Positions 23,998 through 30,268 of a stretch of DNA of 32,000 nt are shown here, in pieces; within the stretch, counting starts at the first letter, position 1, and each line of letters begins with the position of its first letter. Source of the stretch: Dehalococcoidia bacterium (lineage in GTDB: Bacteria > Chloroflexota > Dehalococcoidia > Lucifugimonadales > CBDBON01); the NCBI GenBank assembly GCA_965208395.1, contig CBDBON010000003.1, forward strand, positions 242,422-274,421, given 5' to 3'. Below the pieces are notes generated by a model. It did no database searches. It was not told the DNA's origin and saw only the letters and a list, made by a program, of their open reading frames with translations. Position numbers and translations under genes: made by a program.

Positions 23998-25302
23998 CTA
24001 ACGCGCGGCCTTGAGCGACGCCTCGAAGACGTCGACCGTTTCATCTATCTCCTCTTCCGTGTGAGCCGTAGAGATGTAGAAGCCGGCGCCGGAGATGCTG
24101 AAAATCCCGCGCCTGATCATCTCGGGTCCGATTCGTTCGTGCAGCTCCCGGTTCAGATACTGCTCAGACCTGTAGTCCGGTATCTCATCCCGGTCCGTGA
24201 ACTTGATGTCGACTATCGATCCGGCGCTCGTGACGAGCGCCGGCACCTCGAATCTCTGGCATACGCCGCTCAGGCCGTCTCGCAGCCGGGCGCCCATCTC
24301 GGCCAGGCGGTCGTAGGTACCGGGCTTCTCAAGCTGCTCGAGTGCGGCCATTCCCGCCGTCGCGGCCAGAGGATTGCCGGTGAATGTTCCGCTTCCCTGG
24401 GCGTACTGACCCTGGGCCTTGAGCGCGGGATCCAACCTGCTCATGATCTCGTCGGGCCCAACGATGCACCCCACACCGACTCCCCCTCCGAGCGCTTTGC
24501 CGAGAGTGGTGAGATCGGGGTCTATGCCGTAGAACTGCTGCGCGCCGCCCCAGGCCAGGCGAAACCCGGTGATAACCTCGTCAAGTATGAAAATAACGCC
24601 GCACTCTCTGGTGCACTCTCTCACCGCATCCAGGAACTCCGGTCTCGGCGGGATGTGACGCGTCTGAGGATCGAGGATGACAGCAGCAAGATCGTCCTTG
24701 TGCTCCCTGATGATCTCGCAGGTCTGGTCCGCGTCGTTGTATGGAGCGATGAGTACGGTGTCGACCACCCCCTGTGGGATTCCGCCCGTGTCCGGCTCGG
24801 GCGTGGGAAAAGGCAGCATCTGGGTGGGGTTCGTGCTGAACGAGATGTAATCGTTCGTTCCGTGGAAGGCGCCCTCGAATTTGAGTATCTTAGTCTTGCC
24901 GGTGTATACCCTGGAGAGCCTGAGCGCGACGAAGACCGCCTCGCTGCCGGTACCGGTGTACTTGATCTTCTCGGCGCCAGGTATGGCGCTCATCACCTTT
25001 CGGGCGTGGCGCAGCATCACGTCGGTGGGCTGCATGAACTGCGTGCCCCGCTCGACCCGGTCCTGCAGCGCGCGGGTCACTGCAGGATGGGCGTGACCGA
25101 GGATCATGGGGCCCGAGCCCAGGATGTAGTCGATATACTCGTTGCCGTCGACGTCCCAGATGCGGCTCCCCTTCCCGTGGGAGAAGACGGTGCGCACCTC
25201 CTCCGGCAGCTTGCTGCGGTAGAGCACTCCGCCGGGGATGTACTCCTCCACCTCCTGCACGAGCTGCTCGCCTGTCCTGCCCCTGACGACGTCTCTGACC
25301 AT
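23998..25302 (-). CDS. Class-III (GSA-aminomutase-like) PLP-dependent aminotransferase
   Basis: ORF trimmed to ATG 25302 (MVRDVVRGRTGEQL...), preceded by GGAGGAGGAG. Motifs: SRIWDVDGNEYIDYILGSGPMILGHAHP, YTGTGSEAVFVALRLSR, FEGAFHG, ILDEVITGFR, and a PLP lysine in LTTLGKALGGG. Confidence 0.9.
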   Translation of the reverse strand: MVRDVVRGRTGEQLVQEVEEYIPGGVLYRSKLPEEVRTVFSHGKGSRIWDVDGNEYIDYILGSGPMILGHAHPAVTRALQDRVERGTQFMQPTDVMLRHARKVMSAIPGAEKIKYTGTGSEAVFVALRLSRVYTGKTKILKFEGAFHGTNDYISFSTNPTQMLPFPTPEPDTGGIPQGVVDTVLIAPYNDADQTCEIIREHKDDLAAVILDPQTRHIPPRPEFLDAVRECTRECGVIFILDEVITGFRLAWGGAQQFYGIDPDLTTLGKALGGGVGVGCIVGPDEIMSRLDPALKAQGQYAQGSGTFTGNPLAATAGMAALEQLEKPGTYDRLAEMGARLRDGLSGVCQRFEVPALVTSAGSIVDIKFTDRDEIPDYRSEQYLNRELHERIGPEMIRRGIFSISGAGFYISTAHTEEEIDETVDVFEASLKAAR

Positions 25303-25336
25303 GGACTCCTCCTCCGCCAGGCCGATAGTAGGCGTG

Positions 25337-25365
25337 AGTGTAGCACAACCGGCGGTAACGTGGAA
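25337..25365 (-). promoter_or_regulatory. Candidate sigma-70-type promoter for the minus-strand operon
   Basis: On the minus strand: TTCCAC (25365-25360), a 17-nt spacer ending in TGC, then TACACT (25342-25337). It lies about 35 nt upstream of ATG 25302. Motif match only. Confidence 0.25.
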
Positions 25366-25416
25366 CGAACCGAAACGGGCATCCAACAGTTCAGAATTGA
25401 GGAGGGCAGCCCGTTC

Positions 25417-25496
25417 GTGGTGAGCCCTTCAGCAAGCTCAAGGAGAGCCTGTCAAACCATGACGGGCGGCCCTTCGACAGGCTCAGGGCGAACGGA
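25417..25496. repeat. REP/MITE-like intergenic hairpin element of the 'SLSNH...PFDRLRANG' type (single copy in this window)
   Basis: GAGCCTGTC (25445-25453) pairs with GACAGGCTC (25476-25484), extendable to GAGCCTGTCaAA / TTcGACAGGCTC. One frame reads EPFSKLKESLSNHDGRPFDRLRANG. A degenerate half-copy CCCTTCAGCAAGCTCAAGG (25425-25443) resembles CCCTTCGACAGGCTCAGGG (25470-25488) at 15/19 positions. Confidence 0.6.
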
Positions 25497-25553
25497 CTTA
25501 GATCCTATGGAATCTGAACGGATATACAACATGTGCGGGATTCGCCGATGGGC

Positions 25554-25559
25554 TATAAT
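25554..25559 (+). promoter_or_regulatory. Candidate -10 box (perfect TATAAT) for the hydroxy-acid oxidase gene
   Basis: TATAAT at 25554-25559 in a GC-rich intergenic region, 35 nt upstream of ATG 25595. That ATG has its own SD (GGAGAGGA). No convincing -35 box. Confidence 0.3.
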
Positions 25560-25594
25560 CGCCGCCGTCTGAATCCATGCCGGGAGAGGACGGG

Positions 25595-26656
25595 ATGGGC
25601 CCGATCAACCTGTTCGAGTACGAGTCGTTGGCGAGAGCGCGGATGCCGCGCGACCTGTACGACTACATCCGAGGCGGCGCGGTCGACGAGATTACTCTCG
25701 CTAGAAACCGGAGAGCCCTGGATGAGACGCTGCTGAGTCCACGAGTCCTCGTCGACGTTACGGACCGTGACCTCTCCACCACGGTATTGGGACATCGTCT
25801 GGAGTTTCCGGTAATGGTCGGGCCCGCCGGTCCCCAGCGTCAGGCGCATCCCGAAGGAGAGCAGGCTACAGCGAGAGCCGCGGCGGCGGCCGGAACGATC
25901 ATGTCGGTGCCCACGGCGTCAGGCTACTCTCTGGAGGAGATAGCGGAGGCGGCCCCGGGGCCACTGTGGCTCCAGCTCTATCACTTTTCGGACGAGCTCA
26001 CGGAGCTGCTCGTGAAAAGAGCGGAGGCAGCCGGCTATTCGGCGGTCGTGCTGACCGTCGACGCGCCCGTCCGGCCGCTGCGTGAGCACGACCTGCGCAA
26101 CCGCTTCGTTCCCGAGAGGGAGATGGTAACCGGCAGCCTCCACGGCTACGGTGAGCTGCTCAACGCGGCGCTGCTCGAGGTGCGGGAGCGGGAGCTCAAC
26201 TTCAATGGACTCGTCTGGTCAAGGCTCGCCTGGCTGCGCCGGCTGACCGGTCTGCCGCTGGTCGTCAAGGGCATCATGAGGGCTGACGACGCGGTCCTGT
26301 GCACGGACCACGGCGTGGACGCCATCGTCGTGTCGAACCACGGCGGACGAACTCTGGACGGTGTCCCAGCGTCGATCGAGGTCCTGCCGGAGATTGCCGA
26401 TGCGGTGGACGGCCGTCTGGAGGTGTACATGGACTCGGGCATACGACGCGGCACGGACGTGCTCAAGGCGCTGGCGCTCGGCGCCCGAGCCGTGCTTATC
26501 GGACGTCCGCTTTTCTGGGGGCTCACCATGGGCGGTGAAGCGGGAGTGCTCGATGTGCTGCGGATCCTCAGAGAGGAGTTCGACCGCGCCATGGCCTACT
26601 GCGGCTTTACCGATGTGGCGTCGATAGGACGCTCGGCGATCGTGCCTCCTCGTTAG
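25595..26656 (+). CDS. FMN-dependent alpha-hydroxy-acid oxidase/dehydrogenase (glycolate oxidase / lactate oxidase / mandelate dehydrogenase family)
   Basis: INLFEYESLARARMPRDLYDYIRGGA..., TVDAPV, VVKGI, IVVSNHGGRTLDG and DSGIRRGTDVLKALALGA are the family's FMN- and substrate-binding motifs. The track ORF starts at 25577. ATG 25595 is preferred because GGAGAGGA lies 5 nt upstream, and 25577 would leave almost no leader after the TATAAT. Confidence 0.9.
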   Translation: MGPINLFEYESLARARMPRDLYDYIRGGAVDEITLARNRRALDETLLSPRVLVDVTDRDLSTTVLGHRLEFPVMVGPAGPQRQAHPEGEQATARAAAAAGTIMSVPTASGYSLEEIAEAAPGPLWLQLYHFSDELTELLVKRAEAAGYSAVVLTVDAPVRPLREHDLRNRFVPEREMVTGSLHGYGELLNAALLEVRERELNFNGLVWSRLAWLRRLTGLPLVVKGIMRADDAVLCTDHGVDAIVVSNHGGRTLDGVPASIEVLPEIADAVDGRLEVYMDSGIRRGTDVLKALALGARAVLIGRPLFWGLTMGGEAGVLDVLRILREEFDRAMAYCGFTDVASIGRSAIVPPR

Positions 26657-26672
26657 GACGCGCGATAGAGTG

Positions 26673-26695
26673 TATAATCATTGCCGTTGATCAAC
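26673..26695 (+). promoter_or_regulatory. Candidate -10 box (TATAAT) followed by a perfect 10-bp palindrome (operator-like)
   Basis: TATAAT at 26673-26678, immediately preceded by TG. GTTGATCAAC (26686-26695) is a perfect palindrome lying between the -10 box and the SD (GAGGAG) / ATG 26719. Confidence 0.3.
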
Positions 26696-26718
26696 TCAGA
26701 CATTGAGAGAGGAGACCG

Positions 26719-27810
26719 ATGAAGCTGGGCCTTTTCAGTATGCCGTTGCACGATCCGGAACGCCCCCACGCGGAGACCTATGACGAGGACCTCGAGACGC
26801 TGGCTCGCGGCGACAGGCTGGGGTTCTGCGAGGCCTGGATCGGCGAGCACTTTACGCTCCCGTGGGAGAACATCCCAGCTCCCGACATATTCATTGCGAG
26901 AGCGCTGGGCGTGACGGAGCAGATGGACCTCGGCACCGGAGTGGTGCTGCTCCACTACCACAATCCGGTGATGGTTGCCCACCGCATCGCCATGCTGGAC
27001 CATCTCGCGAAGGGCCGGTTCTTCTTCGGAATCGGGGCCGGCGGGTCGCCGGAGGAGTCGGGAGTCTTCGGCATCGCTCCGGGAACGGGCAGCCCGCGCG
27101 ACCGTATGAACGAGTCGATCGACCTGATCACGAGGCTCTGGACCGAGGAGGAGCCGTTCGAGTACGACGGCAAGTACTTCAACTCCACGGTGTACGATCC
27201 GATGCCCGACAGGAGACTCTGGTTCCATATGAGGCCCTACCAGAAGCCTCACCCTCCGATAGCCGTGGCGGGTACGAGTCCGCGCTCGGAGACGCTGTCG
27301 GTCGCCGGCGAGAAGGGCTGGTGGCCCATGAGCTCCGCCTTCGTCCACAGGAGCAAGCTCTCGACCCACTGGGAGGTGGTCGAGGAGGGCGCGGCCAAGA
27401 CGGGCCGGACGCCGTCGCGGCGCGACTGGCGCATCGCCAGGGAGGTGTACGTCGCCGACACGACGGAGCAGGCGCGGCAAGAGGCTCTCGAAGGACCGCT
27501 CGGAGAGGCGTTCGACCGGTACTGGATGTACCTCATCGGCAACGGTCCCCGCGGGAAGGGTGCCTTCAAGGTGGACCCCGACATGCCGGACGAGGCGCTG
27601 ACGCCCGAGTATATGCTGAACAACTACTGGATCGTCGGGGACCCCGACGAGTGCACCCGGCAGATCAGGGATCTGTACGACACGGTCGGCGGCTTCGGCG
27701 TCCTCCTACCGCAGACCCACGACTGGGGTCGCGACAGCGCGAAGTGGAAGCGCTCGATGGAGCTGATGTCGTCTGAGGTAATGCCAGCCATCGCCGACCT
27801 ACAGCCGTAG
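26719..27810 (+). CDS. Luciferase-like (LLM class) flavin-dependent monooxygenase (LimB-like)
   Basis: 363 aa with GAGGAG upstream. MKLGLFSMPLH...GFCEAWIGEHF..., VVLLHYHNPVMVAHRIAMLDHLAKGRFFFGIGAG, KPHPPIAVAG and WIVGDPDECTRQIRDL. The 3' end overlaps the convergent downstream gene by 12 nt. Confidence 0.88.
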   Translation: MKLGLFSMPLHDPERPHAETYDEDLETLARGDRLGFCEAWIGEHFTLPWENIPAPDIFIARALGVTEQMDLGTGVVLLHYHNPVMVAHRIAMLDHLAKGRFFFGIGAGGSPEESGVFGIAPGTGSPRDRMNESIDLITRLWTEEEPFEYDGKYFNSTVYDPMPDRRLWFHMRPYQKPHPPIAVAGTSPRSETLSVAGEKGWWPMSSAFVHRSKLSTHWEVVEEGAAKTGRTPSRRDWRIAREVYVADTTEQARQEALEGPLGEAFDRYWMYLIGNGPRGKGAFKVDPDMPDEALTPEYMLNNYWIVGDPDECTRQIRDLYDTVGGFGVLLPQTHDWGRDSAKWKRSMELMSSEVMPAIADLQP

Positions 27811-29217
27811 CTCGGCGGAGCCCTCGTCGACGTAGGCCGTATCCCCGACACGGGAGACGACTATCGTCTGACGGTACGTTCCACCGTCAACCGGGCGCGT
27901 GGCCTCGTGCGTCTCCGTCTCCCAGTCGACGTCTGAAGGATCGGGTGTCACGGCGAACGCTTCGCGCAGTGGTCTGCCCTGCATGAGGGGTGGTGGCGCT
28001 ATTCTCATCATCTCCAGGACAGTGGGGGCAAGGTCGACGTTTCCCGTGGGCTCTCGGAGCGTGATGCCGCTCCTGAAGGCGGGGCCCCGCGCGATGAGAA
28101 CGTTCCGGATCTCCTGGCGGCTCATCGATCCGTGGACCCCCTGCCCTGCCCACGCGCCGGTGCAGTAGGAGAAGCCGGGCGTCCAGGCAAATGAGGCGAT
28201 CAGGTCCGGCGCGCGCTCGCCGTCCGCTCCGGGGAGGCCCGCGGGCAGAGTTCCTTCAATCGGGCCGATGGCGCTCGACGCCAGCACGGGGCCGCACCAG
28301 GGCTGCGCGATGAGGTTCGCCACCAGGCGGTCGGCGACGGAACGGTCCCGCTCTCGGACGTAGAACAGGACGGAGCCGCCATTTTCTGCAGAGACCACGC
28401 TGTCATCTCCGACAGTCTCCCCTATCCATGGCCTTATGTCGACGGTGCCTACTACCGTGGAGTGGCCGTGATCTGAGACGACTAGGACATCGGTATACGC
28501 TGCACGCCCGGTCTCTTCGAGCCACTCCATCAGGCCTCCGAACTGCCTGTCGGCCTCGAGCAGCGCGGCGATCGACTCGGGGCTGCCGGCGGCGTGCGCG
28601 TGCTGGGTCTTGTCGGGCTCGGAGAGCCACACGAGGGATACGGCTGCCCGCCTGTCCTCTATCGCGTAGCGCGTCAGTATCTCCACCGCCCTGGCCATCC
28701 TGCCCGTGTTGGGCTTCGTCTCCCCGGGCCACAGTCCGAACCGCTCGACGATCTCGTGGTGGAGAGGCCTGGGCAGGGAGAAGTCGGGATGGATGGTCGC
28801 CCCGCCGACCCGCTCGGCGTCCGGGTTGTGGACGTAGGCGTTGCCGGACGTGCCGCTCACGACGGCCACGTACTCCCGACCATGCTCGGCCAGGATGTCG
28901 GCAAGCGTGGGGACGAGCAGCACTCGGCCCAGAGCGGCATGTACCTGGGAGAGGATGGGTTCAAGGGCCGAAAATGCCCGGTCCGGGTCGAAGTCCCTGA
29001 AGATTACCGTGTTGGCCGCGAGGCCGTGCGTTCCGGGGTAGCATCCGGTCGCCATAGACGCGGCGTTCGCGCGCGTGACCGTTGGGAAGACGGCGTGGTG
29101 GTTGGCGAAGGTCACCCCCTCCGCGGCGAAGGAGGCCAGGTTAGGCATGAGCTGCGGAGTCACCTGAGAGGGCTGCAGCCCGTCGAAGACCACGATGAGA
29201 ATCGAACGCACCGACAT
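27799..29217 (-). CDS. Alkaline-phosphatase-superfamily protein (type I phosphodiesterase / nucleotide pyrophosphatase; PhnA-like fold), no signal peptide
   Basis: ORF trimmed to ATG 29217 (MSVRSILIVVFDGLQP...). Metal and nucleophile motifs are VFDGL, FPTVTRANAASMATGCYPGTHGL (Thr nucleophile context) and VVSDHGHS. The start is uncertain because neither 29217 nor 29319 has an SD. Starting at 29217 leaves a realistic 138-bp divergent promoter region. Confidence 0.82.
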   Translation of the reverse strand: MSVRSILIVVFDGLQPSQVTPQLMPNLASFAAEGVTFANHHAVFPTVTRANAASMATGCYPGTHGLAANTVIFRDFDPDRAFSALEPILSQVHAALGRVLLVPTLADILAEHGREYVAVVSGTSGNAYVHNPDAERVGGATIHPDFSLPRPLHHEIVERFGLWPGETKPNTGRMARAVEILTRYAIEDRRAAVSLVWLSEPDKTQHAHAAGSPESIAALLEADRQFGGLMEWLEETGRAAYTDVLVVSDHGHSTVVGTVDIRPWIGETVGDDSVVSAENGGSVLFYVRERDRSVADRLVANLIAQPWCGPVLASSAIGPIEGTLPAGLPGADGERAPDLIASFAWTPGFSYCTGAWAGQGVHGSMSRQEIRNVLIARGPAFRSGITLREPTGNVDLAPTVLEMMRIAPPPLMQGRPLREAFAVTPDPSDVDWETETHEATRPVDGGTYRQTIVVSRVGDTAYVDEGSAELRL

Positions 29218-29327
29218 TTTCCGAAGGGGGTTAGGAGCCGTGCAGATTCTAGCACATGTTCCGCCCCTTCCTTCCGGCCTTTCCTTAAGGGGAAGGAGGA
29301 GGCTCAAGGGCGCGGACATCCAAGCGG

Positions 29328-29336
29328 TGTTATACT
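29328..29336 (+). promoter_or_regulatory. Candidate extended -10 promoter (TGtTATACT) for the metallophosphoesterase operon
   Basis: TGTTATACT at 29328-29336, 19 nt upstream of ATG 29356. This implies a very short leader. Motif match only. Confidence 0.25.
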
Positions 29337-29355
29337 GCGCCCACTGGATTGTCGG

Positions 29356-30207
29356 ATGGCCTTCTTCTTCGTACAGCTTGCGGACCCGCAGTTCGGGATG
29401 TACGCCGCTCTGAGCGGCCTGGATGAGGAGCGCCTGAGAGACTACCGCCGGCGCGGCATGAAGATCGAGGCGTCTCCCAAGATCACGGGCCTAGACAGGG
29501 AGACGGAGCTGTACGGGAGGGCGATCGCGGCGGTCAACAGGCTGTCGCCCGACTTCGTCGTCACCTGCGGGGACATGGTCAACGACGCTGACCAGCCAGC
29601 CCAGTATGAGGAGCTCATGCGGATGACCGCGGGCCTCGACGACGGCATCCCGATGCACTGGGTGGCCGGCAACCACGACATGGGTAACATCTTTACGACC
29701 GAATCGCTGGCGCGGTACAGGGAGCTCTTCGGTAAGGATGACTACTACTTCGACCACGGCGGCAGCCGGTTCGTCGTTCTCAACACGAACATAGCCGTCG
29801 ACCCTACGCAGATGCCGAACGAGTGGAACAGACAACGGGCGTTTGCCGAGCACGCGATCGGAGAGGCGAGAGCGCAGTCGGCGAACCACATCATCGTGTT
29901 CACGCACTATCCGCTCTTTCTCAGAGACGCCGAGGAGGGGGATGGGTCGATAGTGGTGCCGCGCGAGCGGCGCCTGGTGCTGCTCGAGATCTTCCGCAGG
30001 CACAGGGTGACCGCGGTGTTCTCCGGACACTGGCACCGGAACTGCTACGCACGCGACGGTGATCTTGAGATGGTGACCTCCGGCTCAGTGGGTTGTCCGC
30101 TGGGAGACGATCCGTCCGGGCTCCGGATCGTCAAGGTGTTCGAGGACCGGGTGGAGCATGAGTACTTTGCGCTGGACGCCGTCCCGGACCGGGTCGTGCT
30201 CCCGTAG
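29356..30207 (+). CDS. Calcineurin-like metallophosphoesterase
   Basis: The real gene is the distal part of track ORF 28594..30207, starting at ATG 29356 (MAFFFVQLADPQFGMY...). Motifs: VTCGDMVND, WVAGNHDMGN, FTHYP and FSGHWHRN. The upstream 254 codons of the track ORF are antisense to the phosphodiesterase gene. Confidence 0.85.
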   Translation: MAFFFVQLADPQFGMYAALSGLDEERLRDYRRRGMKIEASPKITGLDRETELYGRAIAAVNRLSPDFVVTCGDMVNDADQPAQYEELMRMTAGLDDGIPMHWVAGNHDMGNIFTTESLARYRELFGKDDYYFDHGGSRFVVLNTNIAVDPTQMPNEWNRQRAFAEHAIGEARAQSANHIIVFTHYPLFLRDAEEGDGSIVVPRERRLVLLEIFRRHRVTAVFSGHWHRNCYARDGDLEMVTSGSVGCPLGDDPSGLRIVKVFEDRVEHEYFALDAVPDRVVLP

Positions 30208-30268
30208 CCGAGGAGCCTGGCGTAAGAACGGCACAAGGTCTGCTCCCACGGACGGAAAAGGAGGCTCG

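Noticed and set aside
23377-25572. 731-aa plus-strand ORF, the longest ORF in this part of the track. It spans the hydrolase 5' end, the PPOX gene, the whole aminotransferase gene and two intergenic gaps.
   Set aside because: It is antisense to three minus-strand genes that have clear family motifs, SD sequences and sensible spacing. Its translation is Arg/Gly/Pro/Ala/Leu-rich low-information sequence with no recognisable domain. Stop-free antisense frames are expected at this GC3 bias. Its tail simply reads through the REP-like element.
28594-29355. Upstream 254 codons of track ORF 28594..30207, which would make a 537-aa metallophosphoesterase.
   Set aside because: This part is antisense to the phosphodiesterase gene and is Arg/Gly-rich. 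The metallophosphoesterase domain begins right at MAFFFVQLADPQFG (ATG 29356), the usual N-terminus of the fold.
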